This document shows positions 27,827 through 42,100 of a stretch of DNA of 64,000 bases, piece after piece. A program made the translations under genes and the position numbers. The notes beneath the pieces were generated by a model that worked only from the letters and a program-made list of their open reading frames with translations, was not told where the DNA came from and searched no databases. The stretch covers positions 5,270,001 to 5,334,000 of the forward strand of contig CP075496.1 in the NCBI GenBank assembly GCA_021613535.1, in the 5' to 3' direction. The DNA is from Adineta vaga (lineage: Eukaryota; Animalia; Rotifera). Numbering within the stretch: position 1 is the first letter of the stretch; each line of letters opens with the position of its first letter.

Positions 27827-28105
27827 AAATATCAAACAAATTTATAGAAGACAAATAAACTTATATAATTCCGATTTATAAAACTAGTCAGACATCTCTC
27901 TGAAAATGAACTAAACAAACTTGTTGTTTTCTTGTTGTTCTTGTTTGTTTCTAATTATGCTTGACAGTGTTACTTCTGATTCGAATGTGTTTTGTTCAGA
28001 AGATAAAACAGAAGAATACATAAATATCTATAAATCATCGTGCTTATTTTGTTTTTTGAGATTATTGAAAAAGGAAAAAATAAGAAAAAAGAAAAGAAAA
28101 AGGTA

Positions 28106-29994
28106 ATGATTCGAACATTTGTGAGATGTTTAACAACAAAAGTACCGTTTCAACCGAAACCATTAGTACCACGAAAACCAAAAGCATCTATTGATTTCGT
28201 AAGTAGGAAAAGAATGAAAATGATGTGTATATGTATATATGAAATATTTCATCTAGGATAATGAATTTCAAGATGAACTTGTAATTCGATTGGTTGCAGG
28301 AAAAGGTGGCGATGGTAGATCGTCATTTTCAAAGACATTTCAGAATGAATTCGGTGGAGCTAATGGAGGAGATGGTGGTAATGGTGCTCACATTATTCTC
28401 CAAGGTAAAATATACAATGCATAATAATTCTATGAATTATTGACCTGTAGTAATATGAATAACCACATACTAAGAATGTTTGCACCGAATTGTTTTTCTT
28501 TTTAAGTTCGATTTTTGTGAAATCTTTCATCAAAACACTTCAGTAAAAGTCATTCACAGAACTAGTTACATTCATAAGTGAAGCACAGAGAAGTACAAAG
28601 ATATTATCGACTTTTAATGCAATAGCCTATGGCTATAACAATTAACAGAAGCCATATTCGTAGTTGATTCAATAGCATACAGTTAAATAATATATAATGT
28701 TCTATACTTGAAAATCACTTATAGTTCTTTAGAATTCAAGTGTATGAGTCCTTTCAAAGAAATCATTGAAAATTATTGCATCACATGCTACATATAAAGA
28801 TTTCCATTGTGTTAATAATCTTTTCTGACAATTCGACGCTGATGTTGAAGATATATTTTAATGTAGAAAATAATAACGCGCAATGAAAACATCAAATTCG
28901 TTTTTTTAGCATCAAAACATTTGACATCACTGAATAATATTCGAAAACTATATATCGCTGATAATGGTGCACCCGGTGAAGCAGGTTTCAAAAAAGGCAC
29001 ATCAGCTGAACATCTTACAATTCAAGTAACTTTGTGACAGCATTGATCTCCTTTTTTTGGTATTGTATACATTATTTACTAGGTACCTACCGGTACGATA
29101 GTCAAGAAAATTAATGGAAAGACAGTTTGTCTATTACAAAAACATGAACAGAAATTCATTGCCGCACGAGGAGGTTTAGGTGAGATTAGGGTAAGTATGT
29201 CTCGATAAAAGACATCTTTATTGTATTTCTCTAGGTGGAAAAGGAAATTATTATTTTCTAACAAATATGAATCGAGCACCAACCGAATTTGAATTGGGTG
29301 CTAATGGTGATAAGAAAAATTATAAACTCGAACTTCAACTTATAGCACATTTTGGTTTAGTAAGTCATTTGTTTTCACACACTTGTTTATTTGATTTCAT
29401 TTTCTTTCTAAGCTTGGTTTTCCGAATGCTGGTAAAAGTAGTCTTTTACGAACGATCTCTCGAGCACGACCTATTGTTGGTGATTATGAGTTTACTACAC
29501 GTCAACCACAGCTTGGTTCAATTGAATATGATGATTTCATTCAAATTCATGGTTTGATTCGATTTTCTTCTTAGAACTCTAGAAACTGATTTTGTTCGTA
29601 TGTTTTTATAGTCGCTGATGTTCCTGGTATTGTACCTGGTGCTAGTAAACAAGAACATGGTTTAGGAAGTAAATTTTTACGTCATATTGAAAGATGCTTA
29701 GCATTACTTCTTATTATTGATATGAGTGTTGAACGTCCATGGGAACAATACGATCTATTAATGAATGAATTACGTGAATATAAAAGTGATTTAACACAAA
29801 AACCTATTACTATTATTGGTAATAAAATGGATGATCCCGATGCTAAACTACAACTTGATCAAACTCGACAATACATTCCATATCCATTGATACCGATTTC
29901 AACAATTGAAAAAATCAATATCGATAAATTGTTGTTATATTTGAGAAAACAGTATGATGAATTGATTACTGATGAATGGCGTGAAAGAATATAA
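28106..29994 (+). CDS. MTG2: Mitochondrial ribosome-associated Obg-family GTPase (MTG2/GTPBP5)
   Basis: Obg glycine motifs [20 protein letters not shown]|GGKGN; G1 [10 protein letters not shown]2 YEFTT, G3 ADVPG, G4 NKMD; mitochondrial-type N-terminus [12 protein letters not shown]. Confidence 0.88.
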
Positions 29995-30025
29995 TAAATA
30001 GTAAACAAAATATCGAAAAAGAAAA

Positions 30026-31129
30026 CTAATCGTATGAAATTTCATCTTCAGATGGTAGTTGAGACCAGTCGATTTCAGACAAACCAACAGATTTCAGATA
30101 ACTATTAGTTTTAGAAAAATGCTAAAAAAAACAATAGATGAAGTTTGTTTATGCAGAAAAATGTCGATATTTTTCGTCTACTTTGCAACCGAAAAACCCT
30201 CTACTAGCCGATAATGGCGATGGATGTGCAGCGGTTAAGACGTGATGACGAGTCTGAAAATAGAGAACCGAACAACAGACATTTAGCAATAATTCTATTC
30301 ATTTTCTACTTTATCAATTAGTGATTCTTTTGTTTGAGCATCTCGACCCCAAAGTAGGAAGACAATATTTGATGAATGATCATTAAGATATTGAATAATA
30401 GTATCCTAAATAATATCTTGTTGACAAAAATATATACACAATGACATATATCATACTGTAAATATCTCCCATCCTTTGCCTTTATGAGAATTTGCTCGAT
30501 GATTTTCAACAGTCAAACAAATATTAAGTAATAAAACACCTTGGCTCGCCCAACCAAATAATGTGCCATGCTTTGGAATACGAACAGCAGGTATATCACT
30601 TTGAAGTTCTTTAAATATATTTCGTAGACTAGAAAAGCACATAAAGTTGATTTTATACAGAGAAAAAAACATCATTCAGACAAACCTCGATGGAATAGGT
30701 GTATTCTTGCGAACGGAAAAGCTAAGACCATGCGCTTGATTAGGACTATGATATGGATCTTGTCCAAGAATAACAACTTTTACTTCATCTAATTTACATA
30801 ATCGTGTAAATGTAAAAACTTCTTGTAATGAAGGATAAATAATAACACCTTTCTTTTGTTGATCAGCAAGAAACTTTGTCAACTATTGTAATAATAGAAA
30901 GTATTGTGATGATACAAAAAAGAAATAGATTAATTACTTTTTGAAAATATTCTTTTGAAAATTCATTTTGAAATGTTTTATACCAAGATATATCGATATT
31001 ATCAAGTAACTGATGTCTCACTAGATCTTTCTTGTCTTTAATTTTCGATTGATAAGACAACCATGTTAATGTTCGTGCGAATCGTTCATTTACAACAAAC
31101 TTGAATATCACTGCTAAATTATTCTTCAT
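30026..31129 (-). CDS. UNG: Uracil-DNA glycosylase (family 1)
   Basis: [54 protein letters not shown]; six exons; stop at 30026-30028. Confidence 0.95.
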
Positions 31130-31535
31130 CTTAATTCTTTCTTTCTTTCTCTCTTTTATCCCTTTATATATATCTCAGTTCGAGCAGTACAGATGGCGTT
31201 AGTTTATGTACAATTAAATAATAAAATCAATGTGTGTATTATTTCAACAATCGAAAAAATCTCTTCAAACAACTTTAGTTTTTCGTTGAATAGCGATGAT
31301 TTAGAAAACGTTCAGATGGTGTGGTGTTTTTACTCTGTCAATAAACTTTCCTTGATGTATTTGTTCTTTGACATTGCTTGATTTAATTAGACAAAGTGTT
31401 CCAATGAAAAAAATAATTTTTTTCATGAAAAACTCATTCTTTTATTTAGAAAATTATTTTCAAGAAATTTTCTATGAAAATATAAATCATTTTGTTCAAT
31501 GTTTATTCGATGATTTTTGACATCGATCTTTGATT

Positions 31536-31548
31536 GTTACTAAGCAAC
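31536..31548. promoter_or_regulatory. RFX X-box-like element upstream of rootletin
   Basis: GTTACTAAGCAAC fits the GTTRCY-N-RGYAAC inverted repeat; it lies in the divergent UNG/rootletin spacer, upstream of a probable 5'UTR donor GTAAGT at 31811. Confidence 0.6.
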
Positions 31549-33179
31549 GTATTCATTGAACAATTGTATATGGCAAGCAAGCAATCAACGATTTGTATGT
31601 TCTTCGATCAGTAATCTGCGGTTACTTATTCTTGTTTTTGATATTTTTTCTTGTAAAGTGTTTAATAGAAAAAAAAGTCCTTTAGGCTGTCAGCTAATTC
31701 ACATCACATTAAAAATCAACCCATCGAATCGAATTAGATTTTGTTTATTTACATCAATCTCATCTCTTTTCATTTTCTTTAGATTAAAACATTTTTTATT
31801 GTTTTTTTTTGTAAGTATAATATTTTTTTTATGAATGATAAAACTAAACTTAAACGACACGAGCCTTTGTATTTTACCTTTAAATATGATCTTCTATTTA
31901 AAAATCAGTTTCTATTTCTAATTCGATCTCATATTTCATCGAACATTGACTTTATCCATGGTAATATAAGTTTACCTCCATGAATATCTGAATATCCGTT
32001 GTTATTCTTAAATATCCCTGAACAAAACATCACAATGTATGCGGCTTATTAACGAAAAAGAAACAAATTTCAAGTAGGAAAGAAAAATGAGTCTTTTTTT
32101 TTCTTCTTTCAAAGTATATATCGAGTAGAAATGATAATTTCAGTAGAAGCCATTACATATCATTGATCGAACGAACGTACTTGATTTAAAACTGTATGTT
32201 GTTTGTCTTTGACTTTAACAAGCACATTCGTTTGTTAAAAAGAGAAAAAAAAGTGAGCGACTATAAGACCTTGAAATAACAAAATGAAAAAGAAAAGATG
32301 AATATTTCAATGTCTGAGGTATTTAATAAAATTTTATCAACTAATTTTTCTTGATGAAGTTTTCTTTGCAGTTCAAGATGAATTCTGTTAGTATTGGTAT
32401 TAAAAGTTTAGTTCGCGGATATTTTTCTTGTTTCATATCAAAGATATTTGAGCTGAACATGTTCAAAGGCATGCGACTTGAATTTCAAGTTATGTTGACG
32501 AGTATGCTAGATAAACATCGAAGAATCGTTTTGACTCGCATAATCGATTTTAGTTTATGATTAACAAGGAAAGGAGAAGAAGAAAAAACGAAACGAAGAG
32601 AGAAAGAAAATAGTCTGTGAAGTTTGATGCTTGATCTTTACATTTGAAAAGACTTTTTCTCCTCATTCGATATATGAAAATACAAAAGACTATGCGATGA
32701 ACGCTTTATCATATCATTTACAAAAAAGTATACAGGTAATTTTTTGACTTGCCCTCTTCTCTTCATCTTTGTAATCACCTGAACATAACATATCATATAG
32801 GTTCCTTACCTCTTTATGTTGAAACAAGTCAAAATGATCTGTTCTTCGATTCATTTTCACATACATATTTCTATGAATCAATCAAACATTTCTTGAGATT
32901 CTTCTCGTGTCATTGAAACATATGTGAGCGCAAAGGAAACCATCACAAGTTTTCATAGTCTATTAGCCGATTATAAACAAATAATGAGAAACTTTTTTTA
33001 TTACTTTTTTTCTTTCTAAATTTATATTCCCGACACAAAATTTTTCTATTTCTTTTCTTTTTGACTATTCATTCATTCAGTCATTCATTCATCGTCATAT
33101 TAGTTAGAACACAGTTAGTATCAATTGACACATACGTCAGCTAATTAATTGTAATTTGAAAAAACTCTTTTGATTTTCT

Positions 33180-36100
33180 ATGGCGAATGAAAATATTGTT
33201 GAATCTATTGTTGTACGTATAATATATCCACTTAATGATTACAAAAATCTGTTAAGAACAAACACAAATAAATTTCTTTTTTCTTTCAGCGCCTTGAAGA
33301 AGTTCTTTCAAATGATGATGACATCGATGAAAATCATACTATTTCGAATCACGACCGACTTCAAGACAATCGTTTAGGTCGTGCTAGTGCTCCTCTCATC
33401 ACACAATCTCGATCATCACCACGTTCCATTTCACATCGAATTCCAAATCGAAATATTATGGCTACAGCAAACCCTGTTCAATTAGCTGAAGAAAATCGCT
33501 TTCTAAACGACGAATTGAATCGTGTTGAAACAATGCTTAATTTAACACGAGCAGAAAAAGATGAATTAAGTATTCGTTACAATGCTCTATCTGATCGCGT
33601 AAGTATTGCAGTAGAACTAATTTTCTATTTTTAAAACCTTGTTAAACAAAAATAATAAGAAGAAAAATGAGAGAACGAAATTTTCGAATGTAATGAATGA
33701 TAAACATTTGTCGCGTCTATTAACAATTCGATTAAATTTAAAAAGAAACCTATTTTTCTTTTTTTGAAAAATAATCAAATGTTTTGCTTATTGAAAAGAA
33801 AAAGAAAAGATGAAGAATAAGTAGTAAAGCTTATTTGTACTTTTTATTTAGCTCGAACAATCATTACGTGCACAAGGATTAGACATGGCATCAGATATGA
33901 ATAGTGGAGAATCCGAACGACATGTTCTTGTTCAACAAAATATTGATTTACGTCGAAAACTTGAAGAAGAACATCAAAATTATAAACGAAAATTATCAAA
34001 TTATCAAGAAGGACAACAGAAACAAGCAGAATTAGTTCAAAAACTTCAACAAAAAGTAAATCAAACAGTCTTTTTTTCTTATCTTGAAATCATTTCTTCT
34101 TCAAGGTTTTACAATATAAAAGTCGATGTACAGAATTAGAATTGTTGATTACACAACACCAAGCAGATATGGATCGTCTTCGACAAACAGTATATATCTA
34201 AAATTGAAGTTCGATATCTATATATATATATTCGTTCTTTCGATCTATTTAGGCAGCTAGTCAACGGCCATCATCAAGATCAACACTCATATTTGAATCT
34301 CATACGACAGAAAATGAAGACGAGCAAGATATGACAACAATTACACTTGAAGGTGAAAAGCAAAAGTAAGTCATTATTGAACTAATGTTTTATTTTCTAT
34401 ATTTGAAAAAAATATTCAAATGAAAAGAAAGAAGGAAATGAGATTTTGAAATATACTTCACATATATTGTTGCTTTCATTGATGAAAGTAGAAAATGTAA
34501 AAAAGAGACAAAATCTAAGTTATAGTTGTTTATCAGGTCGTATCAACATAATTTATATATACCTACGAACTGATACAAAAGTATTCAATAAACAATAATA
34601 CTGATTTATTACTCATTTGTTCGTGAATTTTGACATAACTGAATAATTAAATGTGATTTGTCTTTGATCTTGATGATAATCAATCGAGAATACTAAAAAA
34701 ATTCCTTCTGAATTGTATCTCTCAAGAGTAATTTTGTATTAAATTTAGAACTACGAATCTTGTACAATTGAATACAGTTTTACGCGATCAAATTGACCAA
34801 GCTCATTTAGCTAATCAACAATTAAGTGAAGAATTACGTCGTACAACTGCTGAATTGAAACAAGTTCGCGATGAATATACACTAAAAACACGAGATTGGA
34901 AAGAAGAAGAACGAGTTCGTTCGCACCTTAATATCATTGACTTCTGATAAACAGGGAATTCTCTCTAGGTTTTTACTCAATATTACAATAAAGAGCATAA
35001 TTTAATGTATGAATTATGGCGTGATATTGTCTCATTTCGTAAACAATTCACTGAATTGAAAGGCACAACTGAACGTGATTTAACACGCGTTCGAAATGAT
35101 CTTGCCCAAACAGGTCGTTCATTAACAAGTGCTTGTTTCGGATTTTTAACAGCGTCAAAAACAGCTGAAACTCAAGGACAGGTACTATGAATATAAGGTA
35201 ATCTTTTCGTTTATCTTATTGAATCATTGTTTCAATAGGCGACAATTGAACGTGAACGTAATGATCGTGCAAATTTAGAAAGTCAAATTCGGGAAAAATC
35301 ACGAGAAATTGCTGAATTGAAACAGAAGTATGTTATTTTCTTCAAATTTTTAAATAGATAATGTATTTTGTTTGTCTTTGAAAACTTTAGATCACAAGAT
35401 TTGACACAATTGAACGAGAATTTACGTCTTCAATTAGCTGAAAAAGATGGCACGATCAATACCTTAACACGTGCTACTAAAATACAACATCAACCAACGG
35501 TTAGTTTCGTTTTTTTTGTGTCCAAAAATTTGATCGAAAAAAGCCGTGTAAGTTTTGGTAATCTTGTATCAAAACCTTAGAAAGTCTCCATTTCAATACA
35601 GTTATAACACTGTAACCATCGTGTAAAAAAAACGTAATGTGTCCTTGATTAATACTTAGTTTCGAACAATTTTCTGCCTTCATACCACTGTCAATTGATG
35701 CGAAAAGCATCTAACGCTAGCTGGTGAGAGAGAAAGATAAAGACAGAAATCACACTAAACAATGATAATTAAAATTATTGTCATGATAGTGACATTATTA
35801 TTAAAATAATATTTTGAGTTCATTAATTCGATATGTTGAAATCATTATGATTTACATAATCGATAGCTATTGATGATAGTTAAACAATTTAAGTGTTGAC
35901 TGCATTATATAATGAGTTCTTATCATCGATAAAGAGCTTCTGGTAAGACGATAACGTCGTGTCCTCGACCCCATATTTATATCTCGAATAATATGTTTCA
36001 TCTAAAAAAGAAGATTTATAATTGATGCTACGCTCTCATTTAGGTGGAAATATAATGTGAGAAGACTAATAAATGATATATATATATGTATATACATTTT

Positions 36101-39100
36101 TAAATATTATTTCATGTTAATTATAAAATAGAAATTCTTAGAATATTTAAAGTAGCTTTTATTGTCTTGATGATTGTTATTTTATAAGTTATGGCTTTAG
36201 TAAAAATAATACATCTGATTTCAATTGCTTCTCGATATGACTAGACTAACATTATAAACTTGTAAGTTAGACATCTACTATATGTATGATAATCATTAAG
36301 ATACCTTACAATATCGATACTATGAAGCAGAATAAAGCTCACGATAAAGGAAGAACGTTTTCTGAAGTTCAAAGTACATAAAGGCGAAATATTTCACGTG
36401 AATTTTTTTTCAAATATTGAAAATATCTATCAATCTTTTCTTTTATTAATGGATTAAAAGGTATTTTAGTTAAAACATGAGAAAATACTTTGATGAAGAA
36501 ATTTTGATTTTGAAAGATTATTAACAAACCGACTTTTTAGTTGAGTACTAATGGAGAGAATGTTTTTTTGTTCTCAATCAGCTTTAGTTGAAGAATTTGA
36601 CTGAAATAAAATTTCTCTCATCTGTTCAATGTATATTTCGCATTACATTTTTTTTGAAATTCGTCACAATTCAAAAACAACATTTTATTACCAGAAGAAA
36701 CAATCGATTGCGTCTACTAAGAAAACTTTTTTTTTCGTTTCACTTCTCTTCAATCTCTTTTCTTTGTTTATTGACAATGCAGTATTCTTTACTAAGCTAC
36801 ATATCAGTCAATTTAAATGACTAAAGAAAAAGAAGTAAAAGAGAAATGTAAAGAAATTGACAGAGAAAAAAGAAGGTATTTTGATCAGAGAAACCTACTA
36901 ATATATTACATAGTAGAGGACGCGATTGTTTACTCTGCGGCATTAGTGACGACTGTGCTGGAAAGAAAATCAAACAACAACTAGTAGCATTAGTTGTCGA
37001 TCCTTCGTTGTTTGCGGCTGATTCTTATAGAGATGTTGCAACGTAGCGCGGTTGCGAAGGTGAGTGTATAATCTAGATACAATTCCATCTATTTATTATT
37101 TCTCATTTGCCTTGTAATAAAATCTTTCAAATTATTTTGTCGTCATTTATTCATTGAATCTCTCGTTAGTCGTTTTCAACCGATGTAAAAATCGATTAAG
37201 TAAAAAATATTGATCCTGCTTAGGTTGAATTCCATTAGAATTCAAGAAATTACCTTGACTATCGATCTCAATCGATAGCGATTTTTTGAAAATACGATAG
37301 CGAAATATATAGACAAATAAAAGTGTAACATAGACAGTAGTTATAGCAAATGATAAGAAAATAAATGGAACTTCATATTGATTAGTTGTTGATATTTCGG
37401 ATTCAGCATTACTGATTGTTATAAACAAAATAGATATAAATAGTATCGATCGATTTTTCATCATTAGTATTAGCACTTGAAAATTTTGATAAGGAATAGT
37501 GTCAGACACTTGTAATTGAAGAATAACACCGATGGGCGCCGCCTGCCAAAGATCTCATCTTGCTCATTAGTAGTAACAACACGAACAACATAAGTTTAAA
37601 TCAAATTTGAGTCTGAGACCGCAGACTAACAACTGTGCATCTCTCTAGAAGCCAAATAGGCATTTGGTAAAAGAAAAGTTGTTTACAAAACTTGCTCAAA
37701 TTTCTATTTTGACGACTCGTCTTCGTCTAATTTTAATGAAACTCTAACAGGTAGCTAGAAGTATAATAGAAGAATTTGCAAAATGAAATAAGATGCTGCT
37801 GGTAATGTTTGATGGTATTCTTTCTTTTCTTTTTGTTAAAAATATTTTACATGGAGAAAAAAAGAGAGCAAACGACCGGGAAAGAGAAACACAGTGAGAG
37901 AGGGAGAGGGAGAGGGAGGGAACGAAGAAAAATTCTCTTCATCGTCGTCATGCGGTGTGCATAAGTACTACCACCTTCAACATCAATTCTTCTCTTTTCT
38001 TCTTCTCGTGTTTCGTTTTCATTCATTCATAAAAATTGTTGATTTGATTTGCGGTTCTTGTCTGACCACCATCATTATGTATCGACGAACACAGGTATGA
38101 AAAAATGAATGTAAATCTCATCATCAAAGTTCTTTGTATGTCTCTTACTCGTGAGAGTAACAACGGAAATGCGTGGTCAACTATATAAAAGAAAATTACC
38201 AGAGCAATACGTCAGTCTTTTTTGTTCATTGTTCTTGCAAACACTTATTAACTTCTTGAAAGTTTCTACTTTCTTTTTTTACTTTGTACATTACTTTATC
38301 AAATGACCGCATATATCTATCGGGTTCGTCTATTAGAATTGAATAAATAAATACTAGAACAGATGAATAGCGAAGTAAAATTACTATTCTTCTATTTTCT
38401 AGGAAAACTCTTCTTCAAATCTTGAAACACGTACAAGAGAAATCAATGCTGATACTGAACGACTTCATCAACGATTACGTGATATAGCACAAGCTGTACT
38501 CAATGATGAAGATGATCGTTATGATGGGCACGATGCAGGTAGAACATCACCACGACGTTTATCACCAGTTCGAGGTGGCAGTGGTGGTAGTGGTGGTGGT
38601 ACTGATCGATTTGATTCACCTGATCGAGTATATAGTCGGTATGTAGACTACTTTTTTTAAATTTGTTTATTAGAAACAAAATACAGTAGAGAAAATAATT
38701 GAATATATAACACGTTCACATGCTTTAACTATTCCAATTCTATTCTTCTTCAACCTTAGAATGGTCAGAAAGCTTTTAGAATTAGAAAAATGAGAATATT
38801 TTTTCTCCTAAAACTTATTTACAAAGTATCTTTTCTTTTTTTCTTGTATTTTCTATGATTAATGTAAAAGAAATTATATCGTTAGTTTTGATTCTGAACA
38901 GACGCGACCAAACAGTTCCTTTTTAGTTTATTTAACTAGAGAAAAGAAAAGATTCTTTAAAGAATTCGAAAAAGCAAAAAGTGTGATATTTTAAAATAAA
39001 TTTTCTTCAAGGCTTTCAAACGAAAGAGAGATGAATGAAAGAAATACAACAACAAAAATTACAATAACCTTGACGAAAACTATGCTTAAGAAATTGATCC

Positions 39101-42100
39101 ACTTGATAAAACGACTATTCATTATATTAGTGGATGCAACAAAAGAAAACGAGAAAACTTTTTATGGAAAATGATAATAGAGATGAACTTTTCAACATTA
39201 TCTTTGTCAGTTGATCTTCTATGAAAACATCAAGGTTAGAGTTATTTTATAACGGACATGTCAGTAACTGTCGGAATGTTGCACTGCATTGTTAAATGAG
39301 TTAGAAAGATTAATAGAATTATTTTGATTGACCTTGAAAGAATAGAAACTTCTTCTTTTTCTTTGCTTTTTCTTCATGGTTACATATACAATTTTAATTT
39401 GTCAAAAGCCTAATGTTATTTTTTAAAATTTGTTTGTTCAATTCTATATAGTATTCTGATTTTTATTTACATGAACAACATCTGATGAATTATTTAGTAT
39501 GTAATATAGTTCTGAGATTTTAGAAGATCATGACAAATTTTAAGGTTTGATCAATTAACAAGAAAAGTTTAACATAAGTCAGAAGAGAATATCATTAAGC
39601 ATTTTGACTATTATAAAAACAGTGTTATTTATTTGATATATGACAAAATAAATAATGAAACATTTTAAAAGCAAGATTAATCTTATGTGAATGTGAACTG
39701 CTGAGTTGTTTGATATGTACTTATATTCGAAGGGTTAAGACTATAAAATTTCGAGGTTATGCTATTAATTCAACATCTTGAGATTATCAATAGTATTGAA
39801 AGTTAACTTTAACTTAATTCTTCAACGAAAAAGTATGAAATTTTGTAAAGTAATAATCGATAAGAACTTCGTAGAGAATGTGAAGAGTAACATCGAGTTA
39901 AAGTACTGAAATAATAAGTTTTCAAGAGTGTCTAGTCTTTCTAATTTAAAATACACATTAATGTACTTTATTGAAATAATCATTGAATTATTCAACTACT
40001 ATTATTCATCGTTTCCTATTTTAGTATTCGTTCACCTCGATCACATTCACCTCAACGTGCTACCCAAGCGTCTCGACCACATTCACGCAATGTTTCACCA
40101 TCCTACGGTGACAGTACATTCAGTGCTGTCCATGCTGCTTTGAATAAACGTCAAGTTCAGGTATGAAATTTCGATTTTCATTTTTCTTTTTCCCTTTTTC
40201 ACTTGATGCTCTCTTTCATTTCTTTGTAACATACTAAAAATGAAAAACTTTCCTTCCATCCTCCGTTTAGATTCCATTTCGTTGGAAACCTAATAATTAT
40301 TTGATCCGAAGAGGAGGAGTACTTTTCTAAAACGCAAATATGTACACTAAACAAACTAAACTAAACTATTTACAATTCAACTTTTCCTTTTATTTATTGC
40401 TTGAAATATATTCAGGGGTCCCATCTTATCCATTCATTGTCACGCAATGACTTGTTCATGTTTACTACTGATTTATTTTTTCTTTCATTTATTTTAATAA
40501 TCAATAAAACCCAAATCTCAAAAATTCTAAATATCGATATTTATTTACATGCGTTTATTATTTTCATATTTTTCTCATCAAGGTTCACGATTTACAAACG
40601 AAATTAGAGGGAGCACGAGAAACAATTCAACAACTGAAAGATCAATTGAATCAAAGTGATTCTGAACGACGACAATTAGATCAAAAAGCAGCATCCTATA
40701 AATTACAAATCGATGAATTACGAAGACAATTTGATGATACAGCGAATGAACGTGATCGCTCGAAATCAGCACTTGAAACATCGAATTATGAACGAACAAA
40801 TATGGAAAAATTACGTCTCGTAAGTTTCTTTGATTTTCTTTGTAGTTCTACGAAAGTCTTTATTCTAGACACTTAATTCACAAATTGATTCCTTACGTGG
40901 TGATTGTGATCGTTTACAACAAGCAAATACGGATATTCAACGTCAACGTGACATTCTCGACGAAGAAAAGGAAGATTTAATCAAAGACAAAATTCGGCAA
41001 GTAAAAGAAAATGAACGTTGTATAAAAGTGATCGAAAATTTGGAAAATAAAATTTCACAATTGAAACAAGATGTAACAGAATTACGTGAACAATATCATA
41101 AAGAAAAATTAGCGAAAGATGTTCTTACACAAGAAAAACTTGTTTTTTGTAAGTTTGAATTTACTTTGAAAAAAGGAACAAAGAAGATTATGAATTATTT
41201 TCTTGTTGACTTTTTTTTCTAGCGGATGCACTTTCACGATCGGAATCGTATCGATCTGAAATTGAACTTGATCTTAGTAAAGAACGAAGTGAAATTGCAG
41301 CTTTACGAGATCTTCTTTGTAAAGTTCAAGCACTCAATGAAGGTTTGGCTCAGGATAAAATCGAATTGAATAAAATCATTCTTCTGGTAAAATCAATAGA
41401 AAATTAGATCTTAAATCTTCGTCTTTCTTTTAAAATGTAGGTTGAACAAGAGAAGAATGCTATTCATAGCGAAAAATCTGATGTTGAACTCGATAAATCA
41501 ACACTTCGACAAGTAACTATTTGCTAATGAATTTAATAAAAATGAATCATTTCATGTTCGTCATTTTTTAGGAATTGGTTAAAGTTGAACAGGAAAAGAT
41601 TGATGTAGAAAATGAACGTGATAGTAAGTATTGGACTTAAAAAGGATTTCAAAATATATATGGTGCGTTACAATGAAATGTCATTCTTATTTGTTTTTAG
41701 CTATTCATCATCGTCTTCAATTAACTGAAATTAGTCGTCAACAAATTGAAGAAGAATTAAACATTGTTAATAAAGAAAAAGCCGAAATTATCGAACAATT
41801 TCAACATGTAAGATTTGATTTCCACATGAAAACAATATCAACATCTAATTACGAATTGTTCGATTTTAGATGACTCGATTGAAAAATACATTAGCTGAAG
41901 ATTTAATTGCTGCGAAAAAAGATATTCAACGATTAAGCGATCATAATTTACGTTTGAATAAAGAAAAAGAAGAATTAACAAAAGAACGTGGTAATCTTGT
42001 GGTTGATTTAACTGGTACTGAACGTGATAATCAAACGTTAAATTCAGTAAATAAATCTTTTTCTATTTATTTGTTATTGGATTGAATATCATTTCTATTT

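Noticed and set aside
30628-30700. UNG proline loop reads IPSSL instead of PPSL
   Set aside because: Single substitution; the key Ser and all catalytic motifs are intact, so there is no evidence of altered function.
32041-32055. GGCTTATTA, resembling the start of the rotifer spliced-leader sequence as I remember it
   Set aside because: Only ~9 nt match, with no following leader sequence or donor; not an SL RNA gene.
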